Positions 1-12,752 of a DNA stretch of 64,000 nucleotides are shown here, one piece after another. The translations under genes and the position numbers were made by a program. This DNA comes from Lama glama (Eukaryota), in the NCBI GenBank assembly GCA_028534125.1, contig CM052817.1, positions 32,552,001 through 32,616,000 on the forward strand, in the 5' to 3' direction. The notes under the pieces are model-generated. The model saw only the letters and a list, made by a program, of their open reading frames with translations. It was not told the origin of the DNA and ran no database searches. Every line of letters begins with the position of its first letter. The first letter of the stretch is position 1.

Positions 1-51
1 TTAAACATATGTAATACACAGCTCACACCCCTTTGGCCTTGACGTCAGACC

Positions 52-590
52 ATCCTTGCTGTGTTTGAGGAATCGCCAGGGGCTCAGTGTGGCTGGAGGG
101 AAGTGAGTGAGGGCGCGCAGTGGGAGATAAGATCAGAGAACTGGGAGGGGGTGAGGAGCTGCCCACTGAAAGGACTTGGGTTTGAACTCTGAGTGAGACA
201 GGAGCCATAAGTGAGTTTTGAGCGAGGAATTATCTGATCTGTGTATTGAGGAGATCACTCCGGTTGGCACGTGGGGACTAGACTAGGAAGGGTGAGGGTG
301 GGAGCAGGGCCATCGGTGAGGAGGCTGTTGGGATGATCCACCTGAGACACGATAGTGGCCGAGCCCAGGGAGCAATGGTCAGAAGGGGTTGGATTCTGCA
401 CTTTGAAGATGGAGTCAATAGGCTTTTCTGAAGGATGGAATGTGGGAAGAAGAGGAGAGTCAAGGAAGGCTGCAAGGTTCTTGACCTGAACAACTGGAAG
501 GGTAGACTCCCATTGACTGAGATGAGAAAGACAGCGAGAATCAGGTTTTGGGGGGTGATATCAAGAGTTCATTTTAGACATGCTTGACAT
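52..590 (-). mobile_element. L2 LINE fragment
   Basis: Antisense L2 motifs: gtgtttgaggaa, ggagcca..gagttttgagc, gaggaggctgttg, gagtcaaggaaggctgcaaggtt, caagagttcattttagacatg. Confidence 0.8.
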
Positions 591-717
591 GTCTCATTTT
601 TCCTGAATTTCTTACCCCTCCCTTGAATTATCCTTACTCTAAAACCAGAAACTCTACATTCTGGTTTCTCGGTCTGTCCCACTCCCTTCCCCTCATTAAC
701 CCCTCCACCCAGAGATG

Positions 718-942
718 GCCGTGTAGCATTGTGGTTAAGAGTGTGGACTACAGACACAGAATTTTGCATGCACATCCAGGTCAGCTATTTCCTAGCTGTG
801 CGACCTTGGGAAAATTGCTTGAATTCTCTGAACTTCAGTTCCCCTATTCATAAAATAGAAAAAAAATAATCACTTGCTTTCCCCTCATGGTTGGTGTGAG
901 GATTTAGAGGGACAGCATATGTGAGACTGGCAAGCGCACTGT
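718..942 (+). mobile_element. MIR SINE
   Basis: gtggttaagagtgtggact head and MIR core ctagctgtgcgaccttgggaaaattgcttgaattctctgaacttcagtt. Confidence 0.85.
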
Positions 943-1724
943 CAGTGTTCTCCTCCTGGCTATGTCCCGGTTTTCTGTCTCCAATTTTTTTTCCAGTTTC
1001 TTGTGCCATATCTCAGGACTGGGATGTGAGGATGAGGTTCTTGAGGGGAGGGAAACAATGTGGGGCAGGTGAGAGGGGAGGGGCCAGATCTAGTACAAGG
1101 ATCTTTGTCAAACAGAATGGCCCAAAGGTTGGTACAGGTATGACTGACAAAAGAGAGCTGACCAGGTAGGCAAGTCCCATTAGGACTTAGCACCTTGAAG
1201 TCTTTTGGAAATAAGCCATGATGCCTCCCAGCTGTAAGAGGGGCAGATGAGGAGGAGGGAGCCGGGATCTGACTTGAGGCAAGGCTAGGAGGGGAACTCA
1301 GTAGATTAGTGGCTGAGCAAGTGGTGGATGGTGTCTAAGGACAAGGTAAGAAGTATTAAGATTTTGCGATGACCTACAGTAGGCTTCTAGGAAGAAATGG
1401 TGGGGTTCCAACAGAGGCTACATGGTGATGGAAAGTGGGCATCGTCTGGAAGGTTTTTCTAGGGCTGGGGTTCACGAGCAGAGCTCAGGCCCTTATGGTG
1501 AGTAGATGATAATAACAAAGTTACTCCTCCAGACTCATGACCCAAGTGTCCCTGCCTGAGTGCTGGGCTCTGAATACCTGTCCTTCCTGTGCCCACACAC
1601 CTGAGTCCCTGCCACTTAACCATCGCCTTTAATTCAGGAAACTCTTCCACTGTGTAGTCTTGCTGTTTGGGAGGTTTATTCACCACACGCTTTGATGAGC
1701 GATCAAATTCTCCAGTTTTGTAGT

Positions 1725-1905
1725 CCAGCAGGCCTGAATTTCAACACCGGCCACTGCCCTGCTATATAACAGAGCACTTCTCTCGTGCTCTTAAGCCTCA
1801 GTTTCCTGATCTATGAAATGGGTGTACTAGTAGCGCCTCTCTCTCAGCAGCAGCTGTGTGGATTCACTGAGACTTAGCACTGAACCTGCCACACAGTGAG
1901 TGCTC
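1725..1905 (+). mobile_element. MIR SINE, degraded
   Basis: Core gcctcagtttcctgatctatgaaatggg; tail cctgccacacagtgagtgctc. Confidence 0.75.
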
Positions 1906-2189
1906 CTGGAGGGGCCAGCTATGATGATGGTTATGAAGTGGACTTGCCAGCCCAGGCTACTTTTCACTGCTGAGTCATCAAGCTGGGTGGTTACCTCTTG
2001 TGGTAAAGAAAAAGATGATGTGAGCCTAAACTCCCTTTTGTAGTTTAAAAACTGGATATGAATGCAGTTCTTTAAAAAAGGTTTCATGTCTTTACCAATT
2101 ACATAAGAGGTTCCTATGGAAAGACCATTGAAAGATGGTCCTTGTTTGCATGTAGGAATTCCAGTGTGTTTATTAAAAGCCAGTCTCTA

Positions 2190-2485
2190 ATTAACAAACC
2201 AAAACAGACTCACAGAGATAGAAAACAAACTATGGTTACCAAAGGGGAAAGGGCGGGGGAGGAATAAATTAGGGGTTGGTGATTAATAGATACACATTTC
2301 TATAAATAAAATATATAGAATAAACAATAAGGACCTACTGTATAGCACAGGGAACAATATTCAATTTCTTGTAATAACATACAATGGAAAAGTATGTATA
2401 TGTATAACTGAATCACTTTGTTGAACACCTGAAACTAACATTGTAAATCAACTACACTTCAACAAAAAATAAAATTTAAAAAAAA
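2190..2485 (+). mobile_element. 5'-truncated artiodactyl/camelid L1 3' end
   Basis: acagactcacagagatagaaaacaaactatggttacc...tatagcacagggaac...ttgtaaatcaactacacttcaa, then A tail; degenerate TSD cagtctct/cagcctct. Confidence 0.9.
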
Positions 2486-2864
2486 CAGCCTCTGGTTTTA
2501 CAGCCACATGTAGATGTAGGAGATGCAAAATTCAGGAGGGGATAAAAGGAAACCCCTCTCTGACCATTATGAGCATTCACATATCCAGAACAAAATAGTT
2601 TTGCTTCAGAAAATTCTAATAAAGGCAGCTTTGATGTTAATTTTTCCTACATGGGCAGCCCACGTAGCCACATGGCCAAACGCTGTTTAATTCTTTTTAA
2701 GGAGATGCTGTGTCCCTGGATTAAGCAGCCCCTCCTCTCAGGGGAGATCTGCACAGGGTTTGTAGCAAAGCATCCTCCTCGAGCTGCCATCTGGTTCTGT
2801 AAATTAGCAGAAATGCTTCAACACTGTACAATGTAGCAGAATCCACAAAGATGTCAGAAACTAT

Positions 2865-3110
2865 TGCTAAGAATTTATTCTAAGGAAATGTTCATCAGAA
2901 AGCAAAAACGCTATGCAAGAAGATGCTTTCTGCAACATCACCTAAAAGAAGGTAAAAATATGAGAAGTGAATAACTGCACCACAATGTGGGAAGAGTTTA
3001 AGTCATGGAATATTGTGCAGCCATTGATATTTTTAAACATGAAGGCTTTGGAAACAGAAGAATGTTTTTGATGTAATGTTAAATGAAATGGCAGAATACA
3101 AAAGAGACAT
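2865..3110 (+). mobile_element. Ancient L1ME-type fragment
   Basis: gaatttattctaagga...atggaatattgtgcagccatt...aatgttaaatgaaa resembles the old L1 ORF2 end/3'UTR. Confidence 0.5.
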
Positions 3111-3864
3111 TGCTTTGTGGTTGCAAGCATATGAAATGCTTATGTGTGGATGAGCATGGGGAGAAAATGGGCAAAAATGAAACATTACTCAAGGGTGCTG
3201 GAAATAGAATTTGTCCCTTCAAAATATTTGTGGATGCTGTTGCTATGACAACTTTCCAACAAAAATGTTTAAAATAATTAAGTAAGCCAGAGGTACCAAA
3301 GATGTGGACTCCCTAAGGCTGGGCGAAATGATACACTCTTGTATACACTGCTTACAAGAGAAAATTCCTCTTCTGCTGTTTAGGCACGGTTACAGATCAC
3401 CTGCTGATATGTGTCTTCGCACTGAAGCAGGAAGCTACCGCCGCCAGTAAATCTTCAATATGTGCCTCACAGACACCAAAGCCCCCAAACCTACGTAGCC
3501 AGAGCTAGAAACTCTTGCAGCCTCCTCCAGGAATTTTACAGTGATTGATTTCCTGTCCAGAGAAACTGGGTCTGGGTAAAAGAAAAGGCTGACTCATGTC
3601 TCTTTACCTATAGGAACCATATGGCCCACGCTTTGAATAATTAATTCTTTAAGCCAGAGTAGGCTTGTAAACAAATTCACTTTTCCTGCTCTGTAGGCAT
3701 TCACTCATTCATTCACTCACTCACCATGCCTTTTGCAACATCTTTCATGTCTCCAGCAATTTGCTCTGCATGAAGAATTAAAATGCATAAGAATCTTACC
3801 AAGGAATTCAAAGTTTAATTGGGAAAGACAGACACACCCTCAGTTTTATATGATGAGTTAAGGT

Positions 3865-3990
3865 CTTACTTTCATCATCTGTGAAGCGGAGGGAGGAACT
3901 GCTATCTCACAGCATTAAGAGAGGATTTAGTGAGGTGCCACGTGTAAGCAACGCGCAGGAAATAGATAACACATGGGAAATATTGGTTTC
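3865..3990 (+). mobile_element. MIR fragment
   Basis: ttcatcatctgtgaa...tatctcacag...gaggatttagtgag. Confidence 0.55.
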
Positions 3991-4302
3991 TTTCCTACAG
4001 ACGACGATCATTGGGCTGCTGTGATCATTCTCAGGTGGAGGAAGAACTGAATTCCTAAGATTTTGCTGATGATAGACAGGGAAGGCCCCGCAGATGCAGG
4101 GACACTCGTGCTGGGCCCAGGAGGATGGGTGGGATTTCTCCAGGGGTAAGAGAAGGGATGGGACCTCTCCAGACAGAAGGAACTGGGTGCACGGGCACAG
4201 AGGGGGTGGGGCCGTGCCACATGCACGCTGCTCCATCAGTATTGCTCTATCACATTTGGCTGGCTTGGGGTTCAAAATTAGGTGACATAATTATCAACAT
4301 TC

Positions 4303-4846
4303 TGTGGAAATAAACAAAGGCCAACTCAGTGAGAACAAGCAAAGATTTATTCAGAGCTTGCTCTAGAAAGGCGGTCAGCCACCACCATTAACGTTTTGGC
4401 AGAGACTCAAAGGCAGAGGAGTGGGAAAGTTCCGTAGTGGGAAAAGGGAAGGCTTCAGGTGTGCCCTGATTGGAGGCTGTTGGTGCGAGGAAGCTGGAGG
4501 CGGGTTAACAAAGCACGCATCCTATGTGATTGGATAGGAGTGCATATCTGGCTTTCTCTGATTGGCCCCAAGTTGAAAGCAGGGACAAAAATCAAAGCTG
4601 TCAGTTATTAATCGAGTCCTGGCGATTTGGGGCAGATTGTTACAGAAATTACTGTTTGGCTTTCTGGTTTGTTCCTAGAGATAGCCATCTGACTTCCTAC
4701 AAGTTTGACTTACAGCAGTCTGGCTTCCAGAGCTGTTGAGTCTCAGTGATGAGCTGCTTTCCTGGGCAGGGTGCTGCAGGTGGTGGGTCAGAGTTCTGTT
4801 CTTATAAATGATCTGGGTCTTGTCCATTTGTATATTCAGTATCTCA
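4303..4846 (-). mobile_element. ERV1-type solo LTR (MER89/MER110-like)
   Basis: TG...CA termini; minus strand begins tgagatactgaatatacaaatggacaa...agaacagaactctgaccc; minus-strand AATAAA near 4350; three CCAAT boxes. Confidence 0.75.
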
Positions 4847-6099
4847 ACTGAAATTACATGTCCCAGGTCCCCCATCTCACTTAGAATGAAAATGTTTTTC
4901 TTTCCTCCGAGGATACATCTGAGGGCTCACTTGTGTTCAAAGGAATTAATTCTGAAGGCATGAAAGATGTCTCCACTCCCAGTCCAGGCTCCAAATGTGC
5001 TTTGTGGCCCCAGAACATGCTTCATTCCTTTTCACACAGTCATCCTAGCAACCTGGGGGGACGTGAACCTTTCCCTCTGGCCATCCCTGGTCCTGGGCTT
5101 GGAACCACCCATGTTCAGTCCAAAGACACATTCTAACTTTTCCTGCCTTGTTGCCGGAGCCAGAACTCAGTTCACTCTTAGGAAGCAGACACTGGATTAT
5201 AGTTGGCAACAGCTTAACTATGATTTTGCAAAAGACAGATTTTTTCCCACAGATGGGTATTTTTTATATTTCCCTCTACCGGAAAAATAAAAAAGTGAAA
5301 TTACAACTTTTTCCCCACCAAAAGCACTTCTGTGAAAACCTCAAATAGTAGAGCCTAGACCTGTTGTTTTTCTAATGAGCCGATTCTGTACAGGGATAAA
5401 ACTTAGAGAATTAAGAGGACTGAGGAGTTCATAGCCATTTAGACTATCTGAAAAATCAGATGTCACCATCACACTCTTGGCAAATGCTGAACGGCAGTCA
5501 GTTCTTGGATGAGTTCTCTGACAGGTGCTTGAAGCGATGATATTCTGGTCTGTTGATTAAAAAGTGATCCATATGTTTTAGAATGCCAGACATGCAGGTA
5601 GGAGAGTCCAGTTAGTTAAGAAAATGTAGGAGCCTGGCGGATACTTTCCCCAGATGGTTGGCAGGGGTGTCTGTAAGTGAATGAAGTATTATTCTTTTAA
5701 GGGGTAGGTCAGAAAGCGTGATGAGATCATTCTAGCCAGAAAAGATAAAAAGGGCATTCAAAAATCATTTTTAATCTGCTTGGATCTCCATCAGTGTATT
5801 TTCAAAAGGTGACTTACCCTTCCATTTAAGAAAATAAATGTACACGGAATGCCTGCAAGGGTAACTTTTGCCTTTCTGCAGGAAACAGATATTTTAAAGG
5901 CAACCATAATGTGAAGGACTATTATATATTGGCTGCTCTTCATAACACTACTCTGAGCCAGAGCAGGGCTGCTGGCTAATGGAATAAGGCACTTTGGCTC
6001 AAGGAGAGCTATCCTCAAACCCACATAGACCTACTGTATGCAAAATATCATACTTAATTCTACAGTCGATGATAAAGGAAAGGTGACATCTGTCTAAAG

Positions 6100-6309
6100 C
6101 AGTGGTTCTCAGCCAGACTGTTCTGCCTCCCAGGGGACATTTGGCAACATCTAGGGACATATTTTCAATTGTCACACTGTGGGCGGTGCTACCAGTATCT
6201 AGTGGATTGGGGCCAGGGGTGCTGCTAAGTGTTTCACAGTGTCCAGGACGGGCCCCGAGAAAGAATGATCTGGCCCAAATGTCAGCAGGTCTGAGGTGGA
6301 GAAACCTTG
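6100..6309 (+). mobile_element. MER20 (hAT-Charlie), full length
   Basis: cagtggttctc...ccaggggacatttggcaa...gagaaaccttg; 8-bp TSD gtctaaag/gtctggag. Confidence 0.92.
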
Positions 6310-6604
6310 GTCTGGAGGAAGCTATCTGCGCCATTCCCCGAGGAGGCTAAAATTGCTGGTGAGGGAGGTGGCTCTGGGATATACTGGTTAGAACAGGGAG
6401 GCAGCCTGACACTGAAAGTTCTAGCAGGAAATGGATTATGGGCTGGTGATGGCTCCTGTCCTCCTCCTCCTGCACCTTACCTTTCCAGCCTCACCTTCTG
6501 AGGGTGACCCACGGGTCAGCCATCACTCCCGGGACAGCCCAGGACTCTTGACCCATGTACGTTAGTCCTGCTGCCCACAATCGTTCTCCTCCTCTCTCTG
6601 GCAA

Positions 6605-6878
6605 CTTCTTAACCATCCTTCAAGACCCTGTTCAAATGCTAGACACCTCCTTTTTGACACCTTCTCTGACACCCTCCTCCCAGCCCACCCTGTGCCTCTA
6701 GGCAGAGAAAAGTCTCCCTCCCCTGCCTCCCCCACAGCATTCATCACAACATATCATGACTATTTGTTGGCATTTTAGAGAAAACTGAGCTCCCGAAACT
6801 TAGGCATGGAGCCTTCCCCATCTCTGTGTTCCTAAGACTGAGCATCGTGTCCAGCACTTAGTAGGTGAGCAAAAACTA
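6605..6878 (+). mobile_element. L2 3' end
   Basis: catccttcaagacc...ccttctctgac...agcacttagtaggtg. Confidence 0.7.
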
Positions 6879-7324
6879 TGCCAAATTACTCCTTTGAAAC
6901 GATCCCCGAGTACTATGTCTTTCCCATGGTGAACCCAAATTTCATAAATAGAGAGAAAGAGATTTTGTTGTGATTCAGGGAGAGCCTGTGTTGTCTGGGT
7001 TGTGTGGAAATCACCCAGCACAATGCCTGACATGGAGATTTAATCAAATGATTAAATTGTTTTCTTTTGGTTTCCCTTCCAAGCAGCCAGGGTAGCTCAA
7101 GGAGCTGTGAGGTGGAAATTTGGGAAATACGCAGGTGTGAAGGAATCCCACCACACTGCTATTATAAAGACCGTTGATTATCATTGAGCAAAGTGTAACT
7201 CTGCCCAGTTCTTACCATGGCATCTTACCTCCAGTCTGGGCCCCTCACATGTTCGGCAAAGGAGACCAGATGTACAACCAGATCCATCTTCTCTTCATCA
7301 CACAGAGGTACAGCTGAGAAGGGG

Positions 7325-7665
7325 CTGCCTAGTTAAGGACTGCATTGTCCATTCTCCTTGTATCTAAGCAGGTATAAGACCAGTTCTCATCAACAGAATG
7401 TGCACAAGTGCCATGTGCATACTGCTGGCTCAGAGCTTTTAAGAAGCACACACTCCCTTTCCTCTTCTGCTGGGCAGGTACAGAGACCAATGAGGCCCCA
7501 GGGGATGGCAAAACCACAAGACAGGCCGAGCCTGGGTCCCTAGATCGCAGCTTTACAGAGAGCCACCCCCGGAAACCTCGGACTATCGTACCAGTGCGAA
7601 ATAAATTTCCATTATGCAGTACATACTTCAGGATCAATTTGGTACAGCAGTTCAGCCTACCTTAA
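7325..7665 (+). mobile_element. Old MaLR LTR (MLT1J/K/L-like)
   Basis: gaccagttctcatcaacagaatgtg...gaaataaatttcc...tttggtacagcag. Confidence 0.5.
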
Positions 7666-8167
7666 TCAAGTCGCCATGTTTCCATAATTAAAACAAATAG
7701 AGCAGTGTTCAGTGTGACAGACTGAACATAATGTTTATCTCCTCTCCCTCCTGTGGTCACATTAAAGTGACAGAAGGGATGACAGCCAGGACAGGAGGGG
7801 CCCATCAGAGTATGTGTGATCTCGGTGAGTTCCCAGGAGATAGGAAGCAGGTGGAAGGATGCTGACTGAGGAAGCAGAGCGGACCACGCAGCACCCAGCC
7901 CAGCAGGCTCCATTAGGAGGGAGGCTGCAGTGTCTTTGCGATTCTGCCTACTGGGGTCCTGAGGACACACTAGTCTTGGAAAGATACAGTGGAGGCCAGG
8001 AGTGAGTAGTGAGGTACAAAATAAAGGTGTGATTTAATAATCAGCCTATGGAGCAAAATGCCCACCAGTGACTCCCCCCTACCAACTTCTGTGCTCAGAA
8101 CAACCAGTGTCAGGAGTTCAGCTTCCCAACCCCCACAAACAGAGAGGGACGTTAAAGAGACCACATA

Positions 8168-8414
8168 AGGAGGGTAGGAGGGATAAGGTAGGAGTCTGGG
8201 ATTAGCAGATAAAAACTACTACACATAAAATAGATAAACAAGAGGTCCTACTGTACAGCACAGGGAACTATATTCAATAGCTTGTAATAAACTATAATGG
8301 AAAATAATATGAAAAAGAACATATATATGTATAACTGAATTACAGTGCTATATACCAGAAACTAACACAATCTTGTAAATCAACTATACTTCAATTAAAA
8401 AAAGAGAGAGAGAA
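8168..8414 (+). mobile_element. 5'-truncated L1 3' end
   Basis: L1 3'UTR with A/GA tail; TSD agaccacata at 8158-8167 and 8415-8424. Confidence 0.92.
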
Positions 8415-8883
8415 AGACCACATAGCTGCCTTGGAATAACCAGGAATAACCAGCTGGTGTGAGTGTTGGTATCTCAGATAAATTCTCTGCCTTCTGATGT
8501 TTGGAGAAGCCCCGGACATAAGGGATAACTCCCTTCTCACCCTAAAATGAAATCAGTTAGCCAACAAGTTCAGCTCCCATAGAGCCCCAAGCCCTCTCGT
8601 TTATTGATTGATACCTGAGTAGAACTAGTAACCAAGGATCTCCAGAAATCTGAAAACAAACTGACATGTCAGAGCAAGACTAAGATAAGCAAACTCTTGA
8701 GAACACAGAGAAATTCTGTGAACTAAAGAGACCCCCCCTGCCAAACTCTCCAATGATATTTGCCAAAAACATCTGATAGATGACATAGCGTGTGGTTACT
8801 GGGGAGAAGAGATAAATTTCCCATGCAGAAGAATGTTCACACCTCTCACCCTACTCATGTTCCAATCATTCTTCTGACACCTG

Positions 8884-9005
8884 GAATATAAAAACCAATA
8901 TATATATATATTCCTATATGACTGAAGTATTGTGCTGTACACCAGAAATTGACACATTGTAAACTGACTATACTTCAATAAAACAAGAACTAAATAAAAT
9001 AAAAA
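8884..9005 (+). mobile_element. Short camelid L1 3' end
   Basis: atgactgaagtattgtgctgtacaccagaaattgacacattgtaaactgactatacttcaataaaa. Confidence 0.85.
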
Positions 9006-9219
9006 TACGACATGAAAAAAAAGAAAAAGGTATAGAAAAATACCAGAAAAAAAATTTTATTTGGGCTGAAGTCCATCAGTTAACAAAAAAAAAAAAAAAA
9101 AGGAAAGAAAACTAATCTCATTGAAAGTCTACTTCAGTCTCCTGGAAGTAGGATCAGATAAGCATTTAGAAAAGTTAGACTCCCATCTAGAGATTTTTTT
9201 TTAAGGGAATGTAAGAAAT

Positions 9220-9406
9220 CAACATGTATTTGCATACATAGTATATATTAAGCAATTTTCTGGGTGTTTGAAATATTTTGTGATATTTAATCCTTACAAT
9301 AACACTGTATTATCGTCTAATTTTCAGGTAAGGAAATTAAGCTCAGAGACATTGTTAATAATCTACACAATATCACACATCTGATCAGACTTTGAAAGCA
9401 GGTGTC
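9220..9406 (-). mobile_element. MIR SINE
   Basis: tttaatccttacaataac...ttttcaggtaaggaaattaagctcagaga. Confidence 0.75.
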
Positions 9407-10649
9407 ACTATGAGACATGACTGTTGGAGATTTCTAAACACAAAGATATGCAAATATTAAGGGACCACTGCCATTGGGAGAACTCTGGTTGGAGAATGTA
9501 TACGTGGGAAGGAATTTTTCATGTTCTAACAAATACTAGTATTCAGCAAATATTTAGTGCTAGTGTAGTCTTGAATTGTCTTATATTTGAACTCTGAGAT
9601 GGAATGAAAACCTCAGTGATTTGTCAGAAGGCAGAGGGCAGTGATGATTTAAAGTGTCTTAATAATGGAGGCCGTGTCCCTATGCTGAGGAGGGCCCAGC
9701 TGAAGCAAAATAGATGTCTTCTAATTAAAAGCAAATGCAAGTCTTTGACAAACATGATTAGGACAAATTACGTTCGATAAAAGGAAAGATAATCTGAGAT
9801 TGCATGATGGCAAACATCTGGATTTGGGGGACTGGCTGGCTGGCTGAATTGAATTATGCATGTTTGGACAGCTGGATTATATCATATTTAGGGCAGTGTC
9901 TTCTCACCACCCTTGCCCCAGCTTCCTACCAAAGAAAAATAAGTTACTTCTCTAAAGCAGTCCCAGGTCATGTTTCCAATCTCCACTGGTGCAGATAGTT
10001 GGGGCCAGAGGCTGTCACTTCATCAAGCTATTGACCTGCTGCCCGAGGCTACTGGGGTTAAGCAGGGTGCTGAAAGCTTTCCAATTCAAAATCGTAGCAT
10101 TCGTGAGACTTTGGAAATAAGTATCTCCCGGTTTCTGAAAGGGCAAAGTCATGTTGTCTTGCTGCTGTGCTATTTCTCTTTGCTCTCTATTTAGAAAAAG
10201 AAACAAAGGAATTTTTTTTAATTTTCAACAATGCAAGGTCCCCATTTAAAGTGACATTTTGGAATGCCCTTGTTTTCTCTTAGGCTTTCCTGGAGCGGTG
10301 ACTGTTTCGTCTCCTGCAAGGTGAGGAAATAAGAAGCAGGTAAATGACGTGATCCCTGTTCGGGTACAAGAATTTCATTATAATGAAAAAATGGAAACAG
10401 CAAAAATAGCTGACAGTAAGGATTTGGTCCAATACATCATGGAAAGTCCATAACTACACACTTTGAAGCTATTAAAAATCTGGAGCTTTTAGAGAAACAT
10501 TTAATGGCATAGACGAATGTGCGCAATAAAACATATTAACTGTTAAAAACAGGTCATCCCCAATTTCTTAAAGAAACACCATTAAGTATAATAATGAAAG
10601 GATGTATTCCCAAACTGTTAACAGTGGCTGTCTCTATTGATGGGAATAT

Positions 10650-11690
10650 GGGTGTAATTTATCATCCAAACTGAAACATTATTTGAAAATAAAAAGGGGT
10701 ACCAAAAATAATTTAAATTACTTAACCTTTGAAATAGTTATTTGTTAACCAACCAACGGTTTTATTGTATTAGTAAGCCTATAACATAGGTTTAAAATTA
10801 TCTTAAAAATCATTCTTAAAAACTAAAAATACTGTCTTTCTGTACATTAAAGCAACATAAGGAACTTCTTTATATTTGTATTTATTTGATTATTTAAAAA
10901 TACCATAAACAGTGATTAGTTTGACACCTACTCTCATGCTTTGGTATGTATTAATCCAGTTTAATCAGTTGCTGTATATCTAACATCTCATCATTGGTAT
11001 TTTTAAAGAGTGTATTTGTTACAATCTGGCTTTATATTTTTCCAAAACCATAGCCTGAAATCTTTTTCAAAAATGCATTTTAAGCTTGCAGTAGATTGCA
11101 GAATGGCCCCAGTTTACTGTTCCTCCCTGTATCCATGCTCTTCATCAGGTTAACTTCACCAAGCCCTCCCACTCTGACTACAGGACCAGCCGTATGACTT
11201 CCTTAGACCCTTGGGATGATAACAAATGTTCTGCAAGCAGAGTCGTGAACAGCCCACTATGAGAACACACCCAGACTACCTGTCAGGAATAGGGGACAGG
11301 GCTGCAGAGCAGAGGTCGTGCCAGCTGAAGCCAGCCTAGATCTGAACAGCCACCAACAATGATGCAAGGCCAGCCCAGATCAGCAGAGCCCCTCGCTGAC
11401 CACCCCAGACCTGTGAACAATAAACATGTATTGTTACATGCTACATTATGTGGCTGAGTTACCCAGCATTGCTGTAGTAATGGCTAACTGATACAATAAT
11501 TAATACATTTAAAAATATTGACACTTTCAATTAACTCTTTTCTGAGACCATGATATTTTAAATTAAGAATATTTTCTCTCGTTAGATGCTGAGGTGGTTG
11601 GTAACTGTGGAGCCAACTGTGGTAAACAGAGGATATTCTCTATTCTATTTTTTTTAATATTGAAATGTATAAATATTTCAGTTGAAGTAT
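10650..11690 (-). mobile_element. hAT-Blackjack-like DNA transposon remnant, interrupted by an MLT1 LTR
   Basis: Terminus gtaatttatcatccaaactg; minus strand near 11550-11610 translates LPTTSASNERKYS*FKISWS, resembling the hAT dimerisation motif. Confidence 0.7.
11087..11495 (+). mobile_element. MLT1H/I-like MaLR solo LTR
   Basis: tgcagtagattgcagaatggcc start; aataaa; ...gtaatggctaactgataca end. Confidence 0.85.
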
Positions 11691-11859
11691 TTTCTTTTTT
11701 CCTTTATTCAGGTTACCACCCTCTATAGACAAAATGGAAAAGAAGAAAGAAGAAAGAGAGAGGGGGAAGTCATGAAAAACAGGCAGAAGAATTTGGACGT
11801 GGCAAGGTAGATAAGTGGGAAGCATCGTCAGTTCCATAGTAAGAAATCAGTGGAATGAA

Positions 11860-12020
11860 AGAGGGTTGTATGTCTGTGCTGGGTGAACTAGAATTAAGAC
11901 AGACGGGAGGCATGGACCCCAGGTAGGAGGTGGTTGCAGTAATTGAGGCTCAAGGTGGTAAAGACCTGGGCCATATGTGGGGGTGGGGTGAGGGTGATGA
12001 AGGTGGTGAGATGTTGACAG
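11860..12020 (-). mobile_element. L2 fragment
   Basis: ggaggtggttgcagtaattgagg...ggtggtaaagacctgg. Confidence 0.55.
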
Positions 12021-12025
12021 GCATT

Positions 12026-12116
12026 AATGATGGTGATGGGGTCATGGACCAAGTGATGATAGAGGGGGAGTGTTGATGATCATGGTGGTGATGGTGGTGG
12101 TGATGGTGCTGGTGGG
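12026..12116. repeat. (TGG/TGA)n imperfect trinucleotide repeat
   Basis: atgatggtgatgg...tggtggtgatggtggtggtgatggtg; explains the poly-His ORF. Confidence 0.9.
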
Positions 12117-12237
12117 TATCAGTGGAAGAAGAGGAAGCAATGGCCTCCATGCTTCTTTAGAGAAAATCAGTATGTTCTGAGTAGCACCTACTCCACCATC
12201 CCTGACATGTTTAGCTTCTTTCGACAGTCCTGAACAT

Positions 12238-12752
12238 AAGGGCAAACTTAAGCCATCACAAGTACCACCCTTACAGTTTTGACATATTCGTGTATTATCT
12301 GCACTATTGTTTGCTTCTTTAAATCACTCACTTTTTAAATTCAAGGAATATCATTTTTAAAAGGAGATTTTTATTTATTATTATTAATGAGAAATTTCTT
12401 TTTAAAAGGAAACTCGATTTTCTTATTATAAGTGAAAACCAGTCTCTCTTTGACACAAATTGGAAACACTAGAAAAATTCAACACTGCAAAAACAAAACT
12501 TTGTGGTTAAATTCCTAATGGGCCCAAGGTTCTGAACCTGTGATCTGCTCTTTCTGTGTTTAAAAATGAAGACTGAAAGCGTAGGAGATGTGTTAAAGGC
12601 AAAATAGTGCTAAACTATATACTCTCCCTTCATGAAATCAAAACCATTAAAGAGAATTGAAAGGGAATGTTTTTCTCAGTATGTGATCAAATGCCATTTA
12701 ATGGAGCACCTGTATGTCACCTAAAATCATATCGCACAGTTTGGGAACACTG
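12238..12752 (-). mobile_element. MER113 (hAT-Charlie)
   Basis: Co-linear with the recalled MER113 reverse complement (aagagaattgaaagggaa, cacctaaaatcat); terminus tttgggaacactg. Confidence 0.8.

Noticed and set aside
7950..8790. Possible HAL1/old L1 5' relic
   Set aside because: Resemblance too faint to support by eye
8884..9101. Possible L1 3' transduction ending in a second poly-A
   Set aside because: No TSD found bracketing the unit
11950..12150. Poly-His ORF
   Set aside because: Product of the (TGG/TGA)n repeat
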